Made by a program: the position numbers and the translations under genes. From the NCBI GenBank assembly GCA_038087875.1, contig JAXLNO010000645.1, positions 62,001-126,000 on the forward strand: a stretch of DNA of 64,000 nt. Reading direction: 5' to 3'. This DNA comes from Malacoraja senta. Taxonomy: Eukaryota. Below, piece after piece: positions 45,585-59,700 of the stretch (the first letter of the stretch is position 1; every line of letters starts with the position of its first letter). Under the pieces are notes generated by a model. That model was given only the letters and a program-made list of their open reading frames with translations. It was not told where the DNA came from and searched no databases.

Positions 45585-48500
45585 CGTGCTGAATTTTCGT
45601 CGCTTTTCGTGTGTTGATATTTCATCGCTTTTCATGTCCTGAAATTTCGTCAATTTTGCGGGCTGAATTTTTGTCGCTTTTCGCGTACTGAATTTACGTC
45701 ACTTTTCACGTGCTGAATTATCGTAGCTTTTCACAGGCTGAATTTGCGTCGCTTTTCGCCTGCTTGAATTTCGTCGCCTTTAATCCTGAAATTTCGTCGC
45801 CTTTCACGTTCAGAAATTTCGTCGCTTTATTCTTCCTGATATTACGTCGCTTTTCGAATGCTGAATTTTCATCGATTTTCGTGTGTTGAAATATCGCCGC
45901 TTTTCACGTTATGAAATTTCGCCGCTTTTCACGTTCTGAAATTTAGTCACTTTATGCATCCTGATGTTTCGTCACTTGTCGAATGCTTAATTTTCGTCAC
46001 TTTTTGTGTGCTGAAATTTCGGCACATTTCGTGCGTTGAAATTTCGTCGCTTTACATGTTCTGAAATTTCCTCGCTTTTGGCATTCTGACTTTTCGTCGC
46101 TTTTCACATCCTGAAGGATCGTCGCTTTTCGCATCCTGAAGGATCGTCGCTTTTCGCGTGCTGAATTTTCGTTGCCTTATTCGTCCGGATATTATGTCGC
46201 TTTTCGCATGCTTAATTTTCGTCGCTTTTCGCGTGCTGAATTTTCGTTGCTTTTAACGTTCTGAAATTTACTCACTTTTCACGTGCGGAATTTCCGTCGC
46301 TTTTCGCCTCCTGAAGGTTTGTCGCTTTATGCGTGTTGAATTTTTGTCACTTTACACGTGCTGAATTTTCATTGATTTTAACATCCTGAAGGTTCCTCTC
46401 TTTTCGGCTGCTGAATTTTCGTCGCTTTCCGCATGCTGAATTTCCGTCGTTTTTCCTGTGCTGAAATTTCGCCACTTTTCAGGTTCTGAAATATCGTCGC
46501 TTTATGAGTCCTGATGTTTTATCGCTTTATTCGTCCTGATGTTTCGTCGCTTTTCGCATGCTGAATTTTTGTCGCTTTTTGTGTGCTGAAATTTCGGCAC
46601 TTGTCGTCTGCTGAAAATTCGTCACTTTTCATGTTCTGAAATTTCGTCGCTTAATGCGTCCTGTAATTTCGTCACTTTTTGCATGCTGATTTTTTCATCG
46701 CTTTTTGTGTGCTGAAATTTCGGTGCTTTCCGTGTGCTGATATTTTGTCGCTTTTCACGTCCTTAAATTTCGTCACTTTTGTCATGCTGAATTTTCGTCG
46801 CTTTTCACGTTCTGAAGGATTGTCGCTTTTCGCGTGCTGAAATTTCGTCGCTTTTCGCATGGTGAATTTTCGTCGCTTTTAGTATGCTGAAATTTCGTCG
46901 TTTTTCACGTCCTGAAATTTCTTCACTTTTCGCGTGCTGAATTTTCGTCGCTTTTTGTGTGCTTAATTTTCGTCGCTTTTCATGTTCTGAAATTTCGTCA
47001 CTTTTTGCGTGCTGAATTTTCGTCGCTTTTCGTGTGCTGAAATTTCGTCGCCTTCCATGTCCTGAAATTTCGTCGCCTTTCACATCCTGAAATTTCGTCG
47101 CATTATTCGTCCTGATATTACATCGCTTTTCGCGTGCTGAATTTTTGTCGATTTTTACATGCAGAATTTTTGGCGCTGTTTGTGTGCTTAATTTTCATCG
47201 CTTTGCACGTCTTGAAGGTTTGTCGCTTTTCGCATGCTGAATTTTCGTCGCTTTTTGTGTGCTGAAATTTCGGCACTTGTCATCTGCTGAAAATTCGTCG
47301 CTTTTCATGTTCTGAAATTTCGTCGCTTAATGCGTCATGTAATTTCGTCACTTTTTGCATGCTGATTTTTTCATCGCTTTTTGTGTGCTGAAATTTCGGT
47401 GCTTTTCGTGTGCTGATATTTTGTCGCTTTTCACGTCCTTAAATCTCGTCACTTTTGTCGTGCTGAATTTTCGTCGCTTTTCACGTTCTGAAGGATTGTC
47501 GCTTTTCGCGTGCTGAAATTTCGTCGCTTTTCGCATGGTGAATTTTCGTCGCTTTTAGTATGCTGAAATTTAGTTGTTTTTCACGTCCTGAAATTTCTTC
47601 ACTTTTCGCGTGCTGAATTTTCGTCGCTTTCCGCGTGTTGAAATTTCGCCGCTTTTCACGTTCTGAAATTTCGCCGCTTTTCACGTTCTGATTTTTCGTC
47701 GCTTTCCGCATGCTGAATTTTTGTCGCATTTTGTGCTGAAATTTTGTCGCTTTATGCGTCCTGTAATTTTGTCGCGTTTCGCATGCTGAATTTTCGTCGC
47801 TTTTTGAGTGCTGAAATTTCGGCACTTTTTGTGTGCTGAAGTTTTGTCGCTTTTCATGTTCTTAAATTTCGTCGCTTTATGTATCCTGTAATTTTGTCGC
47901 GTTTCGCATGCTGAATTTGAGTCGCTTTTTGTGTGCTGAAATTTCGGCGCTTTTCGTGTGCTGATATTTCGTCGCTTCTCACGTCTTGAAATTTCATCAT
48001 TTTGGCGGGCTGAATTTTTGTCGTTTTTCGCGTGCTGAATTTTCGTCACTTTTGTCGTGATGAATTATCGTTGCTTTTCGTGTCCTGAAGGTTTGTCACT
48101 TTTAACGTGTTGAATTTTCATCGCTTTACACAGGCTGAATTTTCGTCGCTTTTCGCGTGCTGAAATTTCGTCACCTTTCACGTCCTTAAATTTCGTTGCG
48201 TTATTCGTCCTGATATTGTCGCTTTTCGCGTGGTGAATTTTTGTTGCTTTTCGCGTTCTAAAATTTAGTCACTTTTCGCGTGCGGAATTTCCATTGCTTT
48301 TCGCGTCCTGGTTTGTCGCTTTTCTCGAGCTGAATTTTACGTGTGCAGAATTTTCGTTTTAACGTCCTGAAGGTTCCTCTCTTTTCACATGCTGAATTTT
48401 CGTCGCATTTCATATGCTGAATTTTCGTCTCTTTTTGTGTGTTGACATTTCACCACTTTTCATGTTCTGAAATTTTGTCGCTTTTCATGTTCTGAAATTT

Positions 48501-51500
48501 CGCCGCTTTTCACGTTCAGAAATTTCGTCGCTTTATGAGTCCAGATGTTTCGTCACTTTCCGCATGCTGAATTTTCGTCGCTTTTTGTGTGCTGAAATTT
48601 CGGCACTTTCCGTGTGCTGAAATGTCGTCACTTTTCGTGTTCTGAAATTACGTCACTTTATGCGTCCTGTAATTTTGTCGCGTTTAGCATGCTGAATTTT
48701 AGTCGCTTTTTGTGTGCTGACTTTTCGGCGCTTTTCGTGTGCTGATATTTCGTCGCTTTGCACGTCCTGAAATTTTGTCACTTTTGGCATGCTGAATTTT
48801 CGTCGCTTTTCACGTCCTGAATTATCGTTGCTTTTCGTGTCCTGAAGGTTTGTCACTTTTAACGTGATGAATTTTCATCGCTTTTGACAGGCTCAATTTT
48901 CTGTGCTTTTTGCGTGCTGAAATTTCGTCGCCTATCATGTCCTGAAATTTCGTCACTTTTCACGTCCTGAAATTTCGTCGCTTTATTCATCCTGATATTA
49001 CGTCGCTTTTCGCGTGCTGAATTTTTGTTGCTTTTTGCATGCTGAATTTTCGTCGCTGTTTGTGTGCTTCATTTTCATCGCTTTTCGCGTCTTGAAAGTT
49101 CGTCGCTTTTCGCATGCTGAATTTTCGTCGATTTTCGCGTGATGAAATTTCGTCAGCTTTCATGTCCTGAAATTTCGTTGCCTTTCTCATCCTGAAATTT
49201 CGTCGCTTTATGTGTCCTGATATTACGTCGCTTTTCGCGTGCTGAATTTTTAATGCTTTTTGCATGCTGAATTTTCATCGCTTTTTGCGTGCTAAATTTT
49301 CGTCAATTTTCACGTTCTGAACTTTAATCACTTTTCGCGTGCGGAATTTCCATCGCTTTTCGCGTCATGAAGGTTTGTCGCTTTTCGCGTGCTGAATTTT
49401 CGTCACGTTACATGTGCAGAATTTTAGTTGGTTTTAATGTCCTGAAGGTTCCTCTCTTTTCGCGTGCTGAATTTTCGTCACTTTTCGTATGCTCATTTTT
49501 TGTCGCTTTTCGTGTGTTGAAATTTCGTCGCTTTTCACGTTCTGAAATTTCGCCGCTCTTAACGTTCTGAAATTACGTCGCTTTATGCGTCCTGGTGTTT
49601 TGTCACTTTCCGCATGCTGAATTTTCGACACTTTTTGTGTGCTGAAATTTTGGCACTTTTTGTGTGCTGAAATTTCGTCGCTTTTCATATTCTGAAATAT
49701 CGTCGCTTTATGTGTCCTGTAATTTCGTCGTGTTTCGCATGCTGAATTTTTGTCGCTTTTTGTGTGCTGAAATTTCGGCGCTTTTCGTGTGCTGATATTT
49801 CGTCACTTTCTACGTCCTGAAATTTCGTCACTTTTGGCGTGCTGAATTTTCGTCGCTTTTCATGTCCTGAAGGATCGTCGCTTTTCACGTCCAGAAGGAT
49901 CGTCGCTTTTCGCGTGCTGAATTTTCGTCGCCTTATTCGTCCTGATATTACGTCGCTTTTCGCGTGCTGAATTTTTGTCGCTTTTTGCGTGCTTCATTTT
50001 CATTGCTTTTCGTGTCTTGAAGGTTCGTCGCTTTCCGCATGCTGAATTTTTGTTGCTTTCGCATGCTTAATTTTTGTTGCTTTTAGCGTGCTTAATTTTC
50101 GTCGCTTTTAATGTGCTGAAATGTTGTCACTTTTGCCTGCGGAATTTCTGTCGCTTTTCGCCTCCTGAAGGTTTGTCGCTTTATGCGTGCTGAATTTTTG
50201 TCACTTTACGCGTGCTGAATTTTCGTTGGTTTTAACATCCTGAAGGTTCCTCTCTTTTTAATGTCCTGAATTTTCGTCGCTTGCCGCATGCTAAATTTTC
50301 GTCGCTTTTCGCGTGATGAAATTTCGTCGGATTTCATGTCCTGAAATTTCGTCGCCTTTCTCATCCTGAAATTTCGTCGCTTTATTCGTCCTGATATTAC
50401 GTCGCTTTTCGCGTGCTGAATTCTTAATGCTTTTTGCTTGCTGAATTTTCATCGCTTTTTGCGTGCTAAATTTTCGTCAATTTTCACATTCTGAACTTTA
50501 GTCACTTTTCGCGTGCGGAATTTCTGTCGCTTTTCGCCTCCTGAAGGTTTGTCGCTTTACGCGTGCTGAATTTTTGTCACTTTACACGTGCAGAATTTTC
50601 GTTGGTTTTAACGCCCTGAAGGTTCCTCTCTTTTCGCGTGCTGAATTTTCGTCACTTTTCGTATGCTCATTTTTCGTCGCTTTTCGTGTGTTGAAATTTC
50701 GCCGCTTTTCACGTTCTGAAATTTTGCCGCTTTTCACGTTCTGAAATTACGTCGCTTTATGCGTCCTGATGTTTTGTCACTTTCCGCATGCTGAATTTTC
50801 GACACTTTTTGTGTGCTGAAATTTTGGCACTTTTCATGTGCTGAAATTTCATCGCTTTATGCGTCCTGTAATTTCGTCGCGTTTTGCATGGTGAATTTTC
50901 GTCTTTTTTTGTGTGCTGTAATTTTGGCACTTTTTGTGTGCTGAAATTTCGTCGATTTTCATGTTCTGAAATTTTGTCGCTTTATGTGTCCTGTGATTTC
51001 GTCGTGTTTCGCATGCTGAAATTTAGTCGCTTTTTGTGTGCTGAAATTTCGGCGCTTTTCGTGTGCTGATATTTCGTCACTTTTCACGTCCTGAAATTTC
51101 GTCACTTTTGGAGTGCTGAATTTTCGTCGCTTTTCATGTCCTGAAGAATCGTAGCTTTTTGCATGCTGAATTTTCATCGCTTTTTGCGTGCTAAATTTTC
51201 GTCAATTTTCACATTCTGAACTTTAGTCACTTTCCGCGTGCGGAATTTCCGTCGCTTTTCTCATGCTGAAGGTTTGTCGCTTTTCGCGTGCTGAATTTTC
51301 GTCACTTTTCGTATGCTGAATTTTCGTCGCTTTACGTGTGTTGATATTTCGCCGCTTTTCACGTTCTGAAATTTCGTCGCATTATGCATCGCTTTATTAG
51401 TCCTGATGTTTCGTCGCTTTTCGCATGCTGAATTTTCGTCGCTTGTCGTCTGCTGAAAATTCGTCACTTTTACACGTGCTGAATTTTTGTCACTTTACGC

Positions 51501-52120
51501 ATGCCGAAATTTCGTTGCTTTTAACGTCCTGAAGGTTCCTCTCTTTGCGTGCTGAATTTTCATCGCTTTTCATGTGCTGATATTTCGTCGCTTTTCTTGT
51601 CCTGAAAGATCGTCACTTTTCGCCTGCTGAATTTTCGTCGCTTTTCACATGGTGAATTTTCGTCGCTTATATTATGCTAAAATGTCATCGCCCTTCACGT
51701 CCTGAAATTTCTTCGCTTTATGCGTCCTGATGTTTTGTCGCTTTCCGCATGGTGAATTTTCGTCGCTTGTTGTGTGCTGAAATTTGGGCACTTTTTGTGT
51801 GCTGAAATTTCGGCGCTTTTCGTGTGCTGATATTTCGTCGCTTTTCATGTCCTGAAATTTCGTCACTTTTGGCGTGCTGAATTTTCGTCACTTTTCACGT
51901 CCTGAAGGATCGTCGCATTTCACGTCCTGAAGGATCGTCGCTTTTCACGTCCTGAAGGATTGTCGCTTTTCGCGTGCTGAATTTTCATCGCCTTATTCAC
52001 CCTGATATTACGTCGTTTTCGCGTGCTCAATTTTTGTCGCCTTCTGCACGCTGAATTTTCGTCGCTTTTATTATGCTTAAATTTCATCGCTTTTCAAATC
52101 CTGAAATGTCATCACTTTTC
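45585..52120. repeat. 25-bp satellite array
   Basis: Continuous 25-bp periodicity. Confidence 0.97.
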
Positions 52121-55100
52121 CATATAACCATATAATCATATAACCATTACTGCACGGAAACAGACCATCTCGGCCCTTCAAGTCCGTACCGAACTTCTTA
52201 TTATTTTTTTAATAAATACTTCCCCCTAGTTCCATCTACCTGCACTCAGACCATAACCCTCCATTCCTTTCCCGTCCATATACCCATCCAATCAATTTTA
52301 AAAGGATAAACTCGAACCTGCCTCCACCACTTCCACTGGAAGCTCATTCCACACAGCTACCACTCTCTGAGTAAAGAAGTTCTCCCTAATGTTACCCCTA
52401 AACTTCTGTCCCTTAATTCTCAAGTCATGTCCCCTTGTTTGAAACTTCCCTACTCTCAATGGAAAAAGCTTATCCACGTCAACTCTGTCTAACCCGCTCA
52501 CAATTTTAAAGACCTCTATCAAGTCCCCTCTTAACCTTCTGCGCTCCAAAGAATAAAGACCTAACTTGTTCAACCTTTCTCTGTAACTTAGTTGCTGAAA
52601 CCCAGGCAACATTCTGGTAAATCTCCTCTGTACTCTCTCTATTTTGTTGACATCCTTCCTATAATTAGGCGACCAAAATTGTACTCCATACTCCAGAATT
52701 GGCCTCACCAATCCCTTGTACAATTTTAACATTACATCCCAACTTCTATATTCAATGCTCTGATTTATAAAGGCCAGCACACCAAAAGCTTTCTTTACCA
52801 CCCTATCTACATGAGATTCCACCTTCAGGGAACTATGCACAGTTATTCATAGATCCCTCTGTTCAGCTGCATTCCTCAATTCTCTACCATTTACCATGTA
52901 CGTCCTATTTTGGTTTGCGCTGCCGAGATGTAGTACCTCACATTTATCAGCATTAAACTCCATCTGCCAGCTTTCAGCCCACTCTTCCAAATGGCCTAAA
53001 TCTCTCTGTAGACTTTGAAAATCCACTTCATTATCCACCACACCACCTATCTTAGTATCATCTGCATATTTACTAATCCAATTTTCCACACCATCATCCA
53101 GATCATTGATGTACACGACAAACAATAGTGGACCCAACACACATCCCTGAGGCACGCCACTAGTCACCGGCCTCCAACCTGACAAACAGCCATCCACCAT
53201 TACTCTCTGGCATCTCCATTCAGCCACTGGTGAATCCATCTTGCTACTCCACCATTAATACCCAACAATTGAATCTTCTTAACCAACCTTCCACGAGGAA
53301 CCTTGTCAAAGACCTTACTGAAGTCCATATAGATAACATCCACTGCTTTACCCTCATCAATTTCCCTAGTAACCTCTTCGAAAAATTCTATAATTGCTAG
53401 GTTTACTCTTAGATCCCTTTTTAAACAACGGAACAACATGCGCAGTACGCCAATCCTCCGGCACTATTCCCGTTTCTAATTACATTTGAAATATTTCTGT
53501 CATAGCCCCTGCTATTTCTACACTAACTTCACTCAATGTCCTCGGGGATATCCTGTCAGGACCTGGAGACTTATCCGTTTTCATATTTTTGAAAAGTGTA
53601 TGCACCTCCTCTTCTTGGAATCTCATAGTTTCCATTGCTACTCTGCTTGTTTCCCTTACCTCACATAATTCAATATCCTTCTGTTTGGTGAATACCGAAG
53701 AAAAGAAATTGTTCAATATCTCCCCCATCTCTTTTGGCTCTGCAGATAGCTGTCCACTCTGACTCTCTAATAGATCAATTTTATTCCTTGTTATCCTTTT
53801 GCTAATAATATAGCTGTAGAAACCCTTTGGATTTACTTTCACCGTACTTGCCAAAGCAACCTCATATCTTCTTTTAGCTTTTCTAATTTCTTTCTTAATA
53901 TTCTTTTTACATTCTTTATACTCCTCAAGCACCTCACTTACTCCATGCTGCCTATAATATTGTAGATCTCTCTTTTTCCGAACCAAGTGTCCAATTTCCC
54001 TTGAAAACCATGGCTCTTTCCAATTTTTACTATTTCCTTTCAACCGAACAGGGACATAAAGATTCTGTACTTAAAATGTCACCTTTAAATGTCCTCCATT
54101 TCTCTTCTACATCCTTCCCATAAAACAACATGTCCCAATTCACTCCTTTTAAATCCTTTCGCATCTCCTCAAAGTTAGCCTTTCTCCAATCAAAAATCTC
54201 AACCCTAGGTCCAGTTCTGACTCTCACCATAATTATATTGAAACTAATGGTATTGTGATCACTGGACCCGAAGTGCTCCCCAACGCTTACCTCCGCCACC
54301 TGCCCTGTCTCATTTCCTAACAGGAGGTCCAGCACTGCCCCTTCTCTAGTAGGTACCTCTATGTATTGCTGCAAAAACTATCCTGCACACATTTTACAAA
54401 CTCCAAACCATCCAGCCCTTTTACAAAATGTGTTTCCCAGTCTATGTGTGGAAAATTGAAATCTCCCACAATCACTACCTTGTGCTTACTACTAATATCT
54501 GCTATCTCCTTACATATTTGCTCTTCCAATTCTCGCTCCCCATTTGGCGGTCTATAATACACCCCTATAAGTGTTGCTACACCTTTCCCATTTCTCAGCT
54601 CCACCCAAATAGCCTCCCTAGACGAGCCCTCTAATCTATCCTGCCAAAGCACTGCTGTAATATCTTCCTTGACAAGCAATGCAACACCCCCACCTCTTGC
54701 CCCTCCAATTCTATCACCCCTGAATCAACGACATCCTGGAAAATTTAGTTTCCAATCACAGCCCTCCTGCAACCATGTTTCACTGATCGCCACAACATCA
54801 TACTTCCAGGTGTCAATCCAGACTCTAAGCTCATCCACCTTTCTTCCAATGCCCCTAGCATTAAAATATACACATTTAAGAAACCCACTACCACTTATTC
54901 TCTGTTTATTATCTTTTTCTTCTTTCTCCCCTACATTTTGGGTCCGAGAGCTTCCCTTCTCTGCCTCCTGCCTCCCACATTTTCTACTATCTTTCTCTAT
55001 TTGAGTCCACCCCCCAACCGTTCTAGTTTAAAGTCTCCCCAGTAGCCTTTGCAAATCTCCCCGCCAGGATATTTTTCCCCTCGGGTTCAAGTGCAACCCG

Positions 55101-55436
55101 TCCTTTCTGTACAGGTCACACCTTCCCCAAACGAGGTCCCAATGATCCAGAAATTTGAATTCCTGCCCGCTGCACCAGTTCCTCAGCCACGCATTTATCC
55201 TCCACCTCATTTCACTCCTACTCTCACTGACACGTGGCGCAGGTAGTATTCCTGAGATTGTTACCTTTGCGGACCTTCTCCTTAACTCTCCTTCCAACTC
55301 CCTAAATTCTCCTTTCAGGACCTCTTCTCTTTTTCTGCCTATGTCATTGGTACCTATATGTACTACAACCTCAGGCCCCTCTCCCTCGGATTTCAGGATA
55401 TCTTGGACGCGTTCAGACACATCCCTGACCCTGGCA
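52121..55436 (-). mobile_element. CR1 LINE family B copy 2 (duplicate of 42134-45584)
   Basis: Same truncation point and flanks; ~150-bp internal deletion at ~53390. Confidence 0.94.
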
Positions 55437-56716
55437 CGTGCTGAATTTTCGTCGCTTTTCGTGTGTTGATATTTCATCGCTTTTCATGTCCTGAAATTTC
55501 GTCAATTTTGCGGGCTGAACTTTTGTCGCTTTTCGCGTACTGAATTTCCGTCACTTTTCACGTGCTGAATTATCGTAGCTTTTCGTGTCTTGAAGGTTCG
55601 TCACTTTTAACGTGCTGAATTTTCATCGCATTTCACAGGCTGAATTTGCGTCGCTTTTCGCGTGCTTAAATTTCGTCGCCTTTAATCCTGAAATTTCGTC
55701 GCCTTTCACGTTCAGAAATTTCGTCGCTTTATTCATCCTGATATTACGTCGCTTTTCGCGTGCTGAATTTTTGTCGATTTTTGCATGCAGAATTTTTGTC
55801 GCTGTTTGTGTGCTTAATTTTCATCGCTTTTCGCGTCTTGAATGTTTGTCGCTTTTTGCATGCTACATTTTCGTCGCTTTTCACGTGCTGAAATTTCGTT
55901 GGCTTTCATCACCTGAAATTTCGTCGCCTTTCACGTCCTGAAATTTCGTCGCTTTATTCGTCCTGATATTACATCGCTTTTCACGTGCTGAATTTTTATT
56001 GTATTTTGCATGCTTAATTTTCATCGCTTTTCGTGTCTTGAACGTTTGTCGCTTTTCGAATGCTGAATTTTCATCGCTTTTCGTGTGTTGAAATATCGCC
56101 GCTTTTCACGTTATGAAATTTCGCCGCTTTTCACGTTCTGAAATTTTGTCGCTTTATGCATCCTGATGTTTCGTCACTTGTCGAATGCTTAATTTTCGTC
56201 ACTTTTTGTGTGCTGAAATTTCGGCACATTTCGTGCGTTGAAATTTCGTCGCTTTACATGTTCTGAAATTTCCTCGCTTTTGGCGTTCTGAATTTTCGTC
56301 GCTTTTCACATCCTGAAGGATCGTCGCTTTTCGCGTCCTGAAGGATCGTTGCTTTTCGCGTGCTGAATTTTCGTTGCCTTATTCGTCCGGATATGAGGTC
56401 GCTTTTCGCATGCTTAATTTCCGTCGCTTTTTGCGTGCTGAATTTTCGTTGCTTTTAACGTTCTGAAATTTACTCACTTTTCACGTGCGGAATTTCCGTC
56501 GCTTTTCGCCTCCTGAAGGTTTGTCGCTTTACGCGTGTTGAATTTTTGTCACTTTACACGTGCTGAGTTTTTATTGATTTTAACGTCCTGAAGGCTCCTC
56601 TCTTTTCGGCTGCTGAATTTTCGTCGCTTTTCCTGTGCTGAAATTTCGCGGCTTTTCAGGTTCTGAAATATCGTCGCTTTATGACTCCTGATGTTTTATC
56701 GCTTTATTTGTCCTGA
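55437..56716. repeat. 25-bp satellite array
   Basis: Continuous 25-bp periodicity. Confidence 0.96.
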
Positions 56717-59700
56717 TACATAGATACATAGAAAATAGGTGCAGGAGTAGGCCATTCGGCCCTTCGAGCCTGCACCGCCATTCAATATGATCATGGCTGA
56801 TCATCCAACTCAGTATCCCGTACCTGCCTTCTCTCCATACCCCCTGATCCCTTTAGCCACAAGGGCCACATCTAACTCCCTCTTCAATATAGCCAATGAA
56901 CTGGCCTCAAATACCCTCTGTGGCAGAGAGTTCCAGAGATTCACCACTCTCTGTGTGAAAAAGTTTTTCCTCATCTCGGTCTTAAAGGATTTCCCCCTTA
57001 TCCTTAAGCTGTGACCCCTTGTCCTGGACTTCCCCAACATCGGGAACAATCTTCCTGCATTTAGCCTGTCCAAGCCCATGAATTTTGTACGTTTCTATAA
57101 GATCCCCTCTCAATCTCCTAAATTCTAGCGATATAAGCCAAGTCTATCCAGTCTTTCTTCATATGAAAGTCCTGACATCCCAGGAATCAGTCTGGTGAAC
57201 CTTCTCTGCACTCCCTCTATGGCTATAATGTCCTTCCTCAGATTTGGAGACCAAAACTGTACGCAATACTCCAGGTGTGGTCTCACCAAGACCCTGTACA
57301 ACTGCAGTAGAACCTCCCTGCTCCTATACTCAAATCCTCTTGCTATGAAGGCCAACATACCATTCGCTTTCTTCACTGCCTGCTGCACCTGCATGCCTAC
57401 TTTCAATGACTGGTGTACCATGACACCCAGGTCTCGCTGCACCTCCGCATTTCCTAATCGGCCACCATTTAGATAATAGTCTGCCTTCCCGTTTTTGCCA
57501 CCAAAGTGGATAACCTCACATTTTTCCACATTATACTGCATCTGCCAAACATTTGCCCACTCACCCAGCCTATCCAACTCACCTTGCAGTCTCCTAGCAT
57601 CCTCCTCCCAGCTAACACTGCCCCCCAGCTTAGTGTCATCCGCAAACTTGGAGATGTTGCTTTCAATTCCCTCGTCCAGATCATTAATATAAATTGGAAA
57701 TAGCTGGGGTCCCAGCACTGAGCCTTGCGGTACCCCACTAGTCACTGCCTGCCATTGTGAAAAGGACCCGTTTACTCCTACACTTTGCTTCCTGTTTGCC
57801 AGCCAGTTCTCTATCCACATCAATACTGAACCCCCAATACCGTGTGATTTAAGTTTGTATCCTAATCTCTTATGTGGTACCTTGTCGAAAGCCTTCTGAA
57901 AGTCCAGATACAACACACCCACTGGTTCTCCCCTATCCACTCTACTAGTTACATCCTCGAAAAATTCTATAAGATTCGTCAGACACGATTTACCTTTCGT
58001 AAATCCATGCTGACTTTGTCCAATGATTTCACCACTTTCCAAATGTGCTGCTATCCCATCTTTAATAACTGACTCTAGCAGTTTCCCCACTACCGATGTT
58101 AGACTAACTGGTCTGTAATTCGCCGTTTTCTCTCTCCCTCCCTTCTTAAAAAGTGTGGTTACGTTTGCTCCCCTCCAATCCTCAGGAACTACTCCAGAAT
58201 CTAAAGAATTTTGAAAAATTATCACTAATGCATCCACTATATCTGGAGCTACTTCCTTAAGTACTCTGGGATGCAGCCTATCTGGCCCTGGTGATTTATC
58301 GGCCTTTAATCCATTCAATTTACCCAACACCACTTCCCGACTTACCTGGATTTCATTCAGTTCCTCCATCTCCTTTGACCCGCGGCCCCCTGCTATTTCC
58401 GGCAGATTATTTATATCTTCCTCAGTGAAGACGGAACCAAAGTAGTTATTCAATTGGTCCGCCATATCCTTGTTCCCCATGATCAATTCACCTGTTTCTG
58501 ACTGCAAGGGACCTACATTTGTTTTAACTAATCTCTTTCTCTTCACATATCTATAAAAACTTTTGCAGTCAGTTTTTATGTTCCCTGCCAGTTTCCTTTC
58601 ATAATCTATTTTCCCTTTCCTAATTAAGGCCTTTGTCCTCCTCTGCTGGACTCTGAATTTCTCCCAGTCCTCTGGTATGCTGCTTTTTCTGGCTAATTTG
58701 TACGCAACATCTTTTGCTTTGATACTATCCCTGATTTCCCTTGTTATCCACGGATGCACTACCTTCCCTGATTTATTCTTTTGCCAAACTGGGATGAACA
58801 TTTTTTGTAGTTCATCCATGCAGTCTTTAAATGCCTTCCATTGCATATCCACCGTCAACCCTTTTAGAACTAATTGCCAGTCAATCTTGGCCAATTCACG
58901 TCTCATACCCTGAAAGTTACCTTTCTTTAAGTTCATAACCGTTGTTTCTGAATTAACAATGTCACTCTCCATCCTAATGAAGAACTCAACCATATTATGG
59001 TCACTCTTGCCCAAGGGGGCACGCACAACAAGACTGCTAACTAACCCTTCCTCATTACTCAATACCCAGTCTAGAATAGACTGCTCTCTCGTTGGTTCCT
59101 CTACATGTTGGTTTAGATAACTATCCCGCATACATTCCAAGAAATCCTCTTCCTCAGCACCCCTGCCAATTTGATTCACCCAATCTATATGTAGATTGAA
59201 GTCACCCATTATAACTGTTTTGCCTTTGTTGCACGCATTTCTAATTTCCTGTTTGATGCCATCCCCAACTTCACTACTACTGCTAGGTGGCCTGTACACA
59301 ACACCCACCAGCGTTTTCTGCCCCTTAGTGTTTCGTAGCTCTACCCATACCGATTCCACATCCTCCAAGCTAATGTCCTTCCTTTCCACTGCGTTAATAT
59401 CCTCTCTAATCAGCAACGCCACCCCACCTCCTTTTCCTTTCTCTCTATCCCTCATGAATATTGAATATCCCTGGATGTTCAGCTCCCCGCCTTGGTCACC
59501 CTGGAGCCATGTCTCCGTGATCCCAACTATATCATAATCATTAATTGCTATCTGCACGTTCAACTCATCGACCTTATTACGAATGCTCCTTGCATTGAGA
59601 CACAAAGCATTCAGGCTTGTTTTTACAACGCTCTTACCGCTTATACAATTATGTTGGAAAGTGGCTCTTTTTGATTTTTGCCCTGGATTTGTCTGCCTGC

